From positions 66,154,001 through 66,218,000 of the forward strand of contig NC_083413.1 of assembly GCF_020745735.1 (NCBI RefSeq): a stretch of DNA of 64,000 bases. Direction: 5' to 3'. The notes under the pieces are model-generated. The model searched no databases and was not told the origin of the DNA. It saw nothing but the letters and a program-made list of their open reading frames with translations. The DNA comes from Hemiscyllium ocellatum. Taxonomy: Eukaryota. Shown here one piece after another: positions 21,725 through 34,848 of the stretch (positions within the stretch are counted from its first letter, which is position 1; each line of letters begins with the position of its first letter). The translations under genes and the position numbers were made by a program.

Positions 21725-23045
21725 AGCACTCAATAAAGCCCAGTTTGGGTTCCATCAGGCTCCAAATCTCATTACGGCCTTGATCCAAACATGGACAAAA
21801 GAGCTGAATTTCACAGCTGAAGTCAAAATAACCCTTAACATCAACTCAGCATTTGACTCATGGTGTTATCAGGACCCTGGGTAAAATTTAAGTAAATAGG
21901 AATTGAAGGAAAGTTCTCCACCAGTTGGAGCCATTCCTAGTACCAAAGGAAATTGCTTGTGGTTTTGGAGACCAGTCATGTCAGCCCCGAGACATTGCTA
22001 CAGGAGTTCCTCAGCAAAGTGTCTGAGCCTCAAACATCTTTAGCTGCTCCATCAACGATGTTCCTTCCGTGATAATGTCAGAAGTAGGGAAATGTTCACT
22101 GACGTATGTATACGTCATTTAATAAAACAGTATCTGCTCACATGTAAAAAAACCCAAGCAACACTCAGGCTTGGATAGATAACTGTGAAGTAACTTCATA
22201 ATGTAGAAGTAGGTGGCAATGACGATCTCCAACAAAGGAAAGTCTAACAAGTTTCCATTGCCATCAATGGCATCACTATTGTCAAATCCTTACTATCAAC
22301 ATCCTGAGTGTCAGCATTGTCAGACCTAACTGGATAAGCTGTGCTAACATCGTGGGTACAAGAACAGGCTACAGACCGGAAATTCAGTAGTACTTGATTC
22401 ACCCTCATGACTTTTTCAAAGCCTGTTCACCATACACAAGACATAAGTAAAGAGTATGATGAAATACTCTCCACTTGCCTGGTGAATGCAGCTTTAATGC
22501 CATTCAAGAAGCTCAAAGTAACTTGTGACACTGGAACCCTCTTGATCGGCACATCATTCACCACTTTAAATATTCCTAACGTCCACAACTGGCTATCTAC
22601 AGGGTGAATCGACATTTCGGGCATGAGCCCTTCTTCATGAGCCATTCCTGAAGAAGGGCTCATGCCCGAAACATCGATTCTCCTGCTCATTCGATGCTGC
22701 CTGACCTGCTGCGCTTTTCCAGCAACACGTTTTCAGCTCTGATCTCCAGCATCTGCAGTCCTCACTTTCTCCTATCTACAAGGTGCACTACAGCAACACA
22801 CACCTCTTTGACAGTACGTCTCACTTAGCACAGCAGCAGACCGTTAGAAATGCCACAAATTGACCCTGTAGCCATTCTGACTCAGAAATATATTGCTGTT
22901 CTTTACTCAGTTTTAAGGCAAAAGTCTCTGGCATAATATCTTTCATCACACAAACTATCGCAGTTTCAAAAAAATGGCTCACTATCATCTGCTCATGGAC
23001 AATCAGGGCTAAATAATAAATGATAGCATTCACAACAACATCCAC
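21725..23045 (+). mobile_element. Old non-LTR retrotransposon (CR1/L2-like) RT and 3' region, interrupted by a Penelope fold-back at 22607-22771
   Basis: Degenerate AGVPQ.SV...IFSCSIND motif; insert flanked by ctatctaca(g/a)ggtg TSD at 22593-22606 and 22772-22785. Confidence 0.65.
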
Positions 23046-23415
23046 AAATAAATTTACAATTCAGTATTTTAGAAGAATTATGAAAATTGTAAGTATTTCA
23101 GTTCAAGACTTGTGGCAAGTGTTAATCTAACTGCAGGGGTTTCTCAGAACAAACTGGAAACTACAGAAACTTTGATCATGCATGACTCAGAAGATGCTGT
23201 TTTATAGAGCACTAAAACGGTAAGGAGGTCTGGTAATGAGCCTGAAGACGACTGAACAAAATGTGTGCCGAATGAATCCATAAAAGTGCGAGACACAAAT
23301 CTGCGACAGAAAACTGTTTAAATATGATATACTATCTTCTTTTACTTCGAGCCATATAAATAATTCAACATACAATGAATATTCAGTTATTGTGAAGCCG
23401 GCAAAATATTCCCCT

Positions 23416-23900
23416 ACCTACCAAAAGGAGCCTTTCCGACTTCATTAATTATAAGATGAAAGGAATATACAGTAGGAAGGAAACTGTTGAACAATGTGAT
23501 GGAGTAGTAACACTTCAGCCTGATTGTCAAAACCTGTACAAAATTTAATGCTATGTTTTTCATTATATATTTGTAGACATCCAAGGATAGTTCACACTTT
23601 CTTTGATTAAGTTAACACTTTTATAACTTGATCTTATCCAACCTCCGCATTTAACATATTCTGCTGTAGCCAATGTTGCAAAAAAAAAGGTCTTTAAGAA
23701 TTTCAAATTGTGCTGCCATTAAAATAATTAAGTTTTCTTTTCTGTAGTCAATGAGAAGAGTAATTCACACATCATGTCAATCATGGCATATGTCTCACAT
23801 CTCAAAGCATTGGGAATTGAGTTACATGTGTGCCGACCACTTCGGCGCAAAGGCTTTGCAAGCAGCTCATCAAATCTTGATGTTTTGATGATTTATGTGG
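23416..23900 (-). promoter_or_regulatory. Candidate actinodin promoter and non-coding first exon
   Basis: Donor G|GTAGGT at 23421; TATATAA at 23563-23569 and TATAAAA at 23619-23625 on the - strand; CTTTGAT (TCF/LEF) at 23601-23607; TGATTGACA at 23775-23783; TGATTTAT at 23889-23896. Motif inference only. Confidence 0.35.
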
Positions 23901-24157
23901 GAACATAGGGCTTAAGAGCAGCAGTTAAACCATTCGGCCCTTTAATTCTGTTCTGCTATTTAAGAAGAACACGTCTGATCTGGCTATGGTCCAAATTGCC
24001 CCGTCCATAAATCCTGACTCCCTTGGCAATCAAAGATCCAACTCAGCATTGAATAAATTCAAAAGCCCTTCCTGCACTACTTTCTGCAAAACAGAATTTC
24101 ACAAACTAACAACCCTCTTAAAGAAGAAAAGCACAGCTGACTTAAATGGGAAGGATT

Positions 24158-24450
24158 GTGGTGGCTCAGTAGTTAGCACTGCTACCTCACAGTGCCAGGG
24201 ACCCACGTTCGATTCCAGCCTCAGGCGACTGCCTGTGTGGAGTTTGCACATTATTTTTCCTGGGTTTCCTCCCACAGTCCAAGGATGTGTAGGTTAGGTG
24301 AATTGGCCATGCTAAGTTGCCTGTAGTGTTAGGTGCATTCATCAGGGGTAAATGTAGGGAATTGGTCTGGGTGGGTTGCTCTTCGGAGGGTCGATGTGGA
24401 CTTGTTGGGCTGAAGGGCCTGTTTCCACACTGTAGGGAATCAAATCTAAC
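24158..24450 (+). mobile_element. HE1-type V-SINE
   Basis: tRNA-like head gtggctcagtagttagcactgctacctcacagtgccagggacccacgttcgattcc; tail gggcctgtttccacactgtaggga. Confidence 0.85.
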
Positions 24451-25879
24451 CTTTAATTATGTCCTCCACATTAACCCAAAAGAGGAAATATCTTCCCGGC
24501 ATTCATCCTATCAAATCGCTTCAGGATATTATATGTTTCAACAAGATCACCGATCATACTTGTCATTAGTTACTAGAATAATGTGCTAGAATTCAAGCCC
24601 CAATATTTCTGGAATTGTATAAAAATTTGATTAAAGCACCAAACTGACTCAATTCTACCTGTCTAATTCAGGAGAAAAAAATGCACACCAGGTTATTTGT
24701 ATCCCATTAAGAAGAAAATAACTATTTCTCATAATCAGCTATTTTGAATCAATAGCAAGAAGTAACCAGTTGAATTATTAATATATAACTCTGATTTAAA
24801 CACTACTCCTTTTTAAAATTCCCATACACATACAAACAGACAGGCAAATGCAAGACATAAATATTATGGATGGGAAAGGACCAAACACAAAATTCGAGAA
24901 ACACAGTTCTGGCAACAGTCTACATCGTGCAACTTGATGAGTTCTTTTGATTGCTTTTCATTTCCTTTGACTCTTTACTGATGACACACCTATTCTCAGT
25001 CTTAACCAGGACAGTCTGGTTAGGAATTGTCCATTTCAGAGTCTCTGAAAATGGATTATCCTTTCTCCTTTTGCTGGGGAATTTGCAGACAGAGCAACTC
25101 ACAGAAGGCATCTGATGGAGGGTAGCCAGCTGCTAGAGATTTTATTTTTCACACGGATAAGAAGAAAAAAAAATGGATGTTTTCTCTTTGCAGGCAAAAT
25201 GTTTCTGCTGTGTTATCCACAAGACTACAACCACTTGCTCAGTAACCAATTAAGTGGTTGCTACTATGCTGATCCTTCCTGATCCTATACTAACTCGACA
25301 CTCTCAAAAAAGCCAACTAAAAGACAGTCTCTGGGCAGAATTGCCCTGAAAATCTGCAGGCAGTGCCAATTTGTTTGGAATTCTCCCTCCCTCAAATAAA
25401 GCAACAATGTATATATGAGTCAGAGTGCATTCTAAAAATTATTTTTAAAAATGTAGATAACTTCTTACACAGATTCCTTGGTTTAAATCAGTATCTCTAA
25501 CTTTTTTTGAACTGTGTAAAATAAAGGGTAAAGTGGTCATCTAAACTCCATTGGGTACAAACCCAACCTCATCAACCATTTTATGTGAGAGTTCATTCCA
25601 TAATCCCTAAATATTTTAAGAATGATTGAACTGTGATAATTCCCATTTTCAATCTTAATATTTTCTCAAAGATTAAGGAATGACTCATTAGAGTCATTGT
25701 AAAGTCATTGCTACATTGAGACTTTGTGAACCAGAAGTGAAAATTATATTCCTGTGGGGTACACAAAGAACTTATACAGATGCCTGATTTCCTCAGAATT
25801 CGGCAGAAAGTTTTTGCTGTTTTGTATAAAACAATTTATTGTGTTGGTTATAGCATGTTCATTTATGAGAAGCTGATAA

Positions 25880-26820
25880 GAACATAAGATGTAGGAGCAG
25901 AAATAAGGCAGTCAGTCCATCAAGCCTGCTCCACCATTCAATGAGATCATGCTGATCTGATTATCCTCAACTCCAATTTTCTTCATTTTCCTAATAATAC
26001 TTATCCCTTATCCATTACAAACCTGTTCACCTATCTCAGCCTTGAATATACTTAATGACTTAGCCTCTACAGTCCTCTGTGGTAAAGGATTCTGCAGAAT
26101 CATTACCTTCTTAGAGAAGAAATTTCTCCTCATCTGCATTGTTATAAGGTGGCATGGCAGTTCAGTGGTCAGCACTGCTGCCTCACAGTGCCAGGGACCT
26201 GGGTTCGTTTCCAGCTTCAGGTGACTGTCTGTGTGGAGATTGCACATTCTTCCCGTATCTACGTGGGTTTCTTCTGGCCGCTCTGGTTTTCCCCCACAAT
26301 CCAAAGATGTGTACGTTGGATGGATTGGCCATGCTAAATTGCCAGGGATGTGTAGGCTAAGTGGATTAGCCACAGAAAATGTAATGTTACAGGGGAGGGG
26401 GTGGGTCTGGTGGAAAGCTTTTCAGAGGATCGAAGTGCACTCAAAGAGTCAAATGGCCTGCTTCCACATTGTAGGGGTTCTATAGTCTGTTTTAAATGAA
26501 TAACTGATTACTAAAATAACCTCTGGTTCTAAACTCTCCCACATAGGAAAACAACTTCACCACATCTATTCTGTTATGACCCTTAAGGAACTTATATGTT
26601 TCAGTAAGGTTGCTTCTCAATCTTCGAAATTCCAATGTGTACAGACCTACATTACGCAACTTCATTTCATAAGACAAACCCTCTAAATCTAGGAACTACC
26701 TTGTGAATCTGCACTGCCATACCTCCGATGCAAGGATATGTTTCCTTAGATAAGGGGACCAAACTGGTCACAGTATTCTAGGTGTGGTGCCTTGTATACT
26801 TTCAGCAAGAACCCCCCATT
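25880..26820 (-). mobile_element. Old CR1 3' fragment interrupted by a V-SINE (26148-26490, +); continues at 31150-31315
   Basis: MRRNFFSKKVMIL.NPLPQRTVEA and LYTLEFRRLRSNL motifs; SINE head and core in the middle. Confidence 0.75.
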
Positions 26821-29800
26821 CATAGAGTCATAGATTCACAGAGATGTACAGCATGGAAACAGACCCTTCGGTCCAACCCGTCCATGCCGACCAGATATCC
26901 CAACCCAATCTAGTCCCAAATGCCAGCACCCAGCCCATATTCCTCTAAACCTTTCCTATTCATATACCCATCCAAATGCCTCTTAAATGTTGCAATTGTA
27001 CCAGCCTCCATCACATCCTCTGGCAGCTCATTCCATACACGTACCACCCTCTGTGTGAAAAAGTTGCCCCTTAGGTCTCTTTTATATCTTTCGCCTCTCA
27101 CCCTAAACCTATGCCCTCTAGTTCTTGACTCCCTGACCCCAGGGAAAAGACTTTGTCTGTTTATCCTATCCATGCCCCTCATAATTTTGTAAACCTCTAT
27201 AAAGTCACCCTTCAGCCTCTGATGCTCCAGGGAAAACAGACTCAGTCTGTTCAGCCTCTCTCGGTAGCTCAGATCCTCCAACCCTGGCAACATCCTTATT
27301 AATCTTTTCTGAACCCTTTCAAGTTTCACAGCATCTTTCTGATAGGAAGGAGACTAGAATTGCATGCAATATTCCAACAGTGGCCTAACCAATGTCCTGT
27401 ACAGCTGCAACATGACCTCCCAAATCCTGTACTCAATACTCTGACCAATAAAGGAAAGCATACCAAATGCCTTCTTCATTATCCTATCTACTTGTGACTC
27501 CACTTTCAAGGAGCTATGAACCTGCACTCCAAGATCTCTTTGTTCAGCAACACACCCTAGGACCTTACCGTTAAGTGTATAAGTCCTGCTAAGATTTGCT
27601 TTCCCAAAATGCAGCACCTCACATTTATCTGAATTAAACTCCATCTGCCTTTCTCAGCCCATTGGCCCATCTGGTCCAGATCCTGTTGTAATCTGAGGTA
27701 ATCGTCTTCGCTGTCCACTACACCTCCAATTTTGATGTCATCTGCAAATTTACTAACTGTACCTCTTATGCTCGCATCCAAATCATTTATGTAAATGATA
27801 AAAAGTAGAGGGCCCAGCATCGATCCTTGTGGCACTCCACTGGTCATAGCCTCCAGTCTGAAAAACAACCCTCCACCATCATCCTCAGTCTTCTATCTTT
27901 GAGTCAGTTCTGTATCCAAATGGCTAGTTCTCCCTGCATTCCAAGAGATCTAACCTTGCTAATCAATCTCCCATAGGGAACCTTGTCAAATGCCTTACTG
28001 AAGTCCATATAGATCACATCTACTGGTCTGCCTTAATCAGTCTTCTTTGTTACTTCTTCAAAAAACTCTATCAAATTTGTGAGACATGATTTCCCACGCA
28101 CAAAGCCATGTTGACTATCCTGAATCAGTCCTTGCCTTTCCAAATACATGTACATCCTGTCCCTCAAGATTCCCTCCAACAACTTGCCCATCACTGAGAT
28201 CAGGCTCACCGGTCTATAGTTCCCTGGCTTGTCTTTACCGCTCTTCTTACACAGTGGCACCACATTTGCCAACCTCCAGTCTTCCGGCACCTCACCTGTG
28301 ACTATTGATGATACAAACATCTCAGCAAGAGGCCCAGCAATCACCTCTCTAGCTTCCCACAGAGTTTTCAGGTACACCTGATCAGGACCTGGGGATTTAT
28401 CCACCTTTAACCGTTTCAAGACATCCAGCACTTTCTCCTCTGTCTTGTGGACATTTTGCAAGATGTCACCATCTATTTCCCTACAGTCTATATCTTCCAT
28501 ATCCTTCCTCACAGTAAAAACTGATGCAAAATATTCATTTAGTATCTCCCCTATTTTCTGTGGCTCCATCCAAAGGCTGCCTTGCTGATCTTTGAGGGGT
28601 CCTATTCTCTCCCTAGTTACCCTTTTGTCCTTAATTTTTTTGTAAAAACCCTTTGGATTGTCCTTAATTCTATTTGCCAAAGCTCTCTCATGTCCCTGTT
28701 TTGCCCTCCTGATTTCCCTCTTAAGTATATTCCTACTTTCTTAATATCTTTCTAAGGATTCACTCGATCTATCCTGTCTATACCTGACATACGCTTCCTT
28801 CTTTTTCTTAACCAAATCCTCAATTTCTTTAGTCATCCGGCATTCCCTGTACCTACCAGCCTTCCCTTTCACCCTGACATGAATATACTTTCTCTGGATT
28901 CTTGTTATCTCATTTCTGAAGGCTTCCCATTTTCCAGCCATCCCTTTACCTGGGAACATCTGCCTCCAATCAACTTCTGAAAGTTCTTGCCTAATACCGT
29001 CAAAATTGGCCTTTCTCCAATTTAGAACTTCAACTTTTAGATCTGGTCTATCCTTTTCCATCACTATTTTAAAACTAATAGAATTATAGTCGCTGGCCCC
29101 AAAGTGCTCCCCCACTGACACCTCAGTCACCTGCCCTGCCTTATTTCCCAAGAGTAGGTCAAGTTTTGCACCTTCTCTAGTAGGTACATCCACATACTGA
29201 ATCAGAAAATTGTCTTGTACACATTTAAGAAATTCCTCTTCATTTAAACCTTTAACACTATGGCAGTCCCAGTCGATGTTTGGAAAGTTAAAATCCCCTA
29301 CCATAACTACCCTATTATTCTTACAGATACTGAGATCTCCTTAAAAGTTTGTTTCTCAATTTCCCTCTGACTATTGGGGGGGTCTATAATATAATCCCAA
29401 TAAGGTGATCATCCCTTTCTTATTTCTCAGTTCCATTCAAATAACCTCCCTGGATGTATTTCCAGGAATATCCTCCCTCAGCACAGCTGTAATGCTACCC
29501 CTTGTCAAAAATGCCACTCCCCCTCCTCTCTTGCCTCCCTTTCTATCCTTCCTGTAGCATTTGTATCCTGGAACATTAAGTTGCCAGTCCTGCCCATCCC
29601 TGAGCCATGTTTCTGTAATTGCTATGATATCCCAGTCCCATGTTCCTAACTATGCCCTGAGTTCATCTGCCTTCCCTGTGAGGCCCCTTGCATTGAAATA
29701 AATGCAGTTTAATTTATTAGTCCTACCTTGTCCCAGCCTGCCCTAACTGTTTGACTCGCTTCTGTTCTCAGCTGTACCTGTCTCAGATCAATCTCTTTCC

Positions 29801-31150
29801 TCATTATCTCCCCCAACCTTACTAGTTTAAATCCTCCCAAGCAGTTCTAGCAAATTTCCCTGCCAGTATATTAGTGCCCTTCCAATTTAGGTGCAATCCG
29901 TCCTTCTTGTACAGGTCACTTCTACCCCAAAAGAGATTCCAATAATCTAAAAATGTAAATCGTTCTTCCATACACCAGCTCCTCAGCTATGCATTCATCT
30001 GCTCTATCCTCTTATTCCTGCCCTCACTCGCTCGTAGCTCTGGGAGTAATCCTGATATTACTACCCTTGAGGACCTCCTTTATAAATTTCTGCCAAACTC
30101 TCTGTAATCTCCCTTCAGAGTCTCAACCTTTTCCCTTCCAATGTCGTTGGTTCCAATGTGGACAATGACATCCTGCTGGCCCCTCTCCCTCATGAGAACA
30201 TTGTGCACCCTCTCTGAGACATCCTTGATCCTGGCACCAGGGAAACAACACACCATCCTGCTTTTTCTCTGCTGGCCACAGAAACGTCTGTCTGTACCTC
30301 GGACTACAGAATCCCCTAACACAATTGATCTCTTCGAAGCCGATGTACCCCTTGTTGCATTACAGCCGGTCTCAATACCAGAAACTTGGCTGTTTGTGCT
30401 ATGTACCCCTGAGAATCCATCACCCCCTACATTTTCCAAAACAGCATACCTGTTTGAAATGGGTATACCCACAAAAGACTCTGCCCTAGGTGCCGACCTC
30501 TCTCAACCTTCCTGGAATAACCCATCTATGTGACTGTATCTGAGACGTTCCCCCCCCCCCCCCCGCCCCCACCCCTTCCTATAATTGCCATCCATTACAT
30601 ATTGTTGCTGTTGCAAATTCCTCATCGCTTCTATCTGTCTCTCCAACCGATCCACTCGATCTGATAAGATTCGCATCCAACAGCATTTATGGCAGATATA
30701 ATCCGCAGTAACCCTTAAACTCTCTTTAAACTCCCACATCTGACAAGAAGTACATATCACTCCAAGGGCCATTTTTGCTTCTTCACAATCTATGGACCCA
30801 GAAAATAACACCGTCTTATTCCTCTACAAACACTGCCCCAGGTTAAATTAATAGCTATGGCTTATATTTTAAGTTTAATCAAGAGACTTATCTCCAAAAA
30901 CATATAATCAAGAAAGAATCCACTGTACTCACTACTGCAGCCTTTCTCTTGGACAGACTTAAAACAACAATTAACTTATCGGATTCTGTGCTGTGAACTT
31001 CGCCCAACAGTTCCTCCAAGATCAGTTGAGAATTTCACTGTTTGTTTATTTTCCCAGATGCACTCCGATGTCCAGTGATACACGAATTAAACAGCAAAGG
31101 CGGTAACTGTGCAAGTTCTCTCTCTCTCTCACCTGCACTGACCTCACCAT
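26821..31150 (-). mobile_element. Near full-length CR1 LINE (ORF1 zinc finger + SGNH esterase; ORF2 APE + RT), inactivated
   Basis: CTSCQMWE...CHKC; IVLGDSVVRG, HIGTND; GDFNFPNIDW; NYRPVSL, QHGF; SGVPQGS.LGP; FADD; tail ctctatga. Stops and frameshifts present; lacks about 210 nt of 5' UTR relative to the copy at 43645. Confidence 0.95.
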
Positions 31151-32824
31151 CCTTTTGAAATAAAGGCCAGCAATCCATTTGCTGTCCACTATCACTTGCT
31201 GAAATTGTATGCTAACGTTTCACTATTTATGCATAAAGATTCCAAATCCCTGAGTGCTATAGCTTTCGGCGGTCTTTCTCCTCTTAAATAATACTCAGCC
31301 CCTCTGTTCTTCCTGATTAGATGGTACCTGTTTGATCCAGGTCTTGGGGCTGCCGCACCTACTAAGAGCCCACTGGCAGAATCACCAGCCTTATCTAGGT
31401 ATTACCAGCAGAAAGCTCATCAGTCTCAAAACAGATTAGGATTGACCAACTGGCAGGTGATCAGGAAGGGAATAAGAAAGATCTGCTCTGGGCCCCAGTT
31501 TGTATATGGAACTAGAAGGAGCACTACTGTTCCTCCAAACTTCACATTTCAGCAGAATCTTTTGATAATGTTTGTTTGTTTGTGGGGCAGCCTCCAGCCA
31601 TCCCTTTAAGAGGAAGGACTGACTTGGCAGCTTTGTGATTGAGAAAACTGACCACGGCAAGTATAACAAATATTGTGCTTAATTATACACTCACGATTCA
31701 ATTTGACAAAGCAGTTTAAATTAGACCTTAGACAGACTAAGCACCTGATTTGCATAGTCAATGTCTATTTCAAGCTGGGGGGGCACAATGGGTAAACAGA
31801 GGGCACTCTCACCAACATGATGTGGCACACTCTTGGCAAGTAATGAGTTTGCATACATTGTATTGGCCCCTTCAGAGAAAGATAGGGATTATGCAATCAA
31901 ATTTCTTAGCTAAGATTCTAGAAAGTTTGGATGAAATATACTTAGAAGTGTATTAGTGTTTGCATGGAGTATCTACATGGAAAAGTTTGAAAACAGCCCA
32001 CATTCTGACACTGCAGTGCCTGATGTTTGTAGCTGTTCACCAGTAAAATGTCAGCTCGCAGCACTGTATGGTGTGAGGCTTTGCTTGATCACTCGGTATT
32101 TGGATTATGTGAATGTTAGCAGTGAATCAAAATATTCAAAGCAGTTGCATTTGTCTCAGAAGACAATGGTGAACCTGTGCCTTTATTACGCTGAACTTTG
32201 ATTGTAAAACTTTTACAATCATATAAATAATCTCAATGTTACTTGTCACACCACACAGTAATCATTAATTGTGTTCCATCCACAGCAATGGGGAGCAAAG
32301 AACGACAAAAGAGGATGATAGATATTTCCCTGAAGATCAAGGTGTATTTTTCATATTGTGAGATTTAATCTATTTTTTCTTTTGCAACATTTAATAGTTG
32401 AATTTGGGCTGAACCCAACCACCTCCCTCCTCTATCTTTACCAAACAATTGTTCTGGGGGAATTTTCTTGTTCTGACTACTCATGACAAATACTGCGATT
32501 GACTCCTAACATGCTAATGCTGCATTATTTTAGATCTAGAATTTACGGGTGTAAGCATTCTTTACGTTATACTAATCCAATTTCAATACTACATCCTGAA
32601 TAAAACAATTCTTTTAAAAAATTGTCCAAATATCTCCTTCTCCTGAAGACACTGACTTTTTGCTGGGATATAGTTCTAGGGTTTTGTTCAAGTGCCTGTT
32701 TTTAAATGTGTGAGTACAGACTGAAGGTATTGGTGAGTTATTCAACTACAGGAGCACTGCAATTGAGTCTGATGCTGTTCTTATAAGTAGAGTATTGTTT
32801 TAAAAGATATGAAACTTTAAAATG

Positions 32825-33280
32825 AAACAAAGAACTGCGGAAAGCAGAAATTGTTGGTGAAACTCAGCAGGTCTGGCAGTATCTGTGGGGAGAAAGCAGA
32901 GTCAACTTTTCCAGTCCAGTGATTATTCTTTAGAAGTGATAGCAGCAGTGATAGGAAAAAGTGGTAATTATGCTGAAGACAGGCCTACTCCCAGTTCTCA
33001 TTATCACGTATGCAGCTTCTTTTTTGTCCTGGCCTACTATCAATAATCCCCTCATCTGTCTACCCTATTCATATATCTCTGTCTCTCTCTTTCTAGGTTC
33101 TGTCTCCACCCACCGCTTACCTCTCTCTCCATTCTCCCCCACCCTCATTGTCAGCATAAATTTCCTAGCTGATAAATTTCAGTTCTGATAAGGAGTCACC
33201 AGATGCAAAATGTTACTTCTGCTTTCTCTTCACAGGTGCTGCCAGACTGGAGTTTCGCCAGTAATTTCTAGGTTTGTTTA
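32825..33280. mobile_element. Penelope-derived fold-back remnant
   Basis: gaaactcagcaggtctggcagtatctgtggggagaaagcagagt pairs with ttctgctttctcttcacaggtgctgccagac at the other end. Confidence 0.6.
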
Positions 33281-33329
33281 TGAAACATTAAAATCTTGTC
33301 ATTCAGAGACATTTAGATAGTTATTAACA

Positions 33330-33955
33330 CAAAGATAGCATTCAGATTCAGCAAGCAGTTGGGAAGGCCAATGGCATTTTGGCCTTTATTACATAGCGAT
33401 TGGAGTATAGCCAAAGGCAATTGCGCTCCATTTGTACAGGGCTTTGGTAAGACCACACCACAGTACCATGCACAGTCTATACTCCATATCTGAGGAAGGT
33501 CATATTTACATTTGAGGCAGTGCAGCCAAGGTTCATTGGAGCGTTTCTTTGGGAAAAAAGAATTGTCCTGAATTGGTGGTAAATAAATTGAGGTGATCCC
33601 ATTGGAACATAGAAGATTTTGAAAGGGCTTGACAGATTATACACCAAGAGTTTTTAACTTGGGCTGAGGAATCAAGGACACGGGAGCCCATTCTCAGGGG
33701 AAGACGTTGACTCTTTAGGATTGAGATGAGATATTTCATCATTTTGACGAATGTAAAGTTTCAAAATTTTCTACCCCAGAAACTTTGGACACTGTTCTTG
33801 AAACTATTTAAGGCTGATACACCAATTTTTGGTCTCTCAGCAAATCGAGGCATGTGGGGAGCATCTGGGAAACAGGAGTAGAGACAGATCAGCCATGATC
33901 ATATTGAATGCTGGAACAGGCTCAATGGACCAAATAGTCTGCTTCGGCTCCTTGT
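33330..33955 (+). mobile_element. Old CR1 3' fragment
   Basis: Degenerate LYRALVRPH...PYLRK motifs; tail gatcagccatgatcatattgaatg. Confidence 0.7.
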
Positions 33956-34577
33956 CAAATCGCTAATTATATATTCAAGAGTGGGTAAAATGCCAAATTG
34001 TAATAGCAGCTCTCTGCTGAGACTTTACAGGATTCAACTTCCAGACACCATTAGAAGATACCCTCATAGGACTGCACTCTCTGCAGCTGAATGGACCTTG
34101 GCTCATTCGTTATGTTCACACACTTTAACAGTGCCTGCATTCTTACAGTGTGAGATGGTAGGAGGAATGTGATCTGGAGCATGAAACCATGGTTAATATT
34201 TCTGTCCTGCCCTGTATGATATGGGTATTATATACTTTTTTATTTAAAAAAGCTACAACTAAATTGATGCCCTAGTTTTTTTTTATCTTTTACAAATTAT
34301 TAAAAATTGAAACGTCATTTTTGAGAGCAGTCTGGTGGAACACAATGCACTGATGCTAAGGGCTTTATCAGGTCCACATGCAGTGTGTTCTGAGGACAAA
34401 GTAAGGACAAGTCTCTACAGCTTTGGAGAACAAGAGGGGAAGAAAAGCAAGCTGGTACTTCTTTTAAGGCACTTGTAGAAAACTGGATGCAAGCCCCCTC
34501 TTGCTCATTTGACAAGGGAATGGCACACTGTTCACAGAATTGAGTAGGATGATGTGAAGGAAAACAATAATCTGCAT

Positions 34578-34848
34578 TTAGATTACTTACAGTGTGGAAA
34601 TAGGCCCTTCGGCCTAACAAGTCCACACCGACCAACAACTCATACTCCTACATTCACCTAACACTACGGGGAATTTAGCATGGCCAATTCACCTAACCTG
34701 CACATTTTTGGATTGTGGGAGGAAACCAGAGGAAACCCACGCAGACTCAGGGAGAATGTGCAAACTCCACACAGAGAGTCACCTGAGGCAGGAATTGAAC
34801 CCAGGTCTCTGGCACTGTGAGGCAGCAGTGCTAACCACTGTGCCACCC
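34578..34848 (-). mobile_element. HE1-type V-SINE
   Basis: gtggcacagtggttagcactgctgcctcacagtgccagagacctgggttcaattcc head and ...ccacactgtaagtaatcta tail on the - strand. Confidence 0.9.

Noticed and set aside
24158-24230. tRNA genes at SINE heads (also near 34800, 51940, 53330)
   Set aside because: A/B-box-like heads run directly into the SINE core and LINE-derived tail; no complete cloverleaf.
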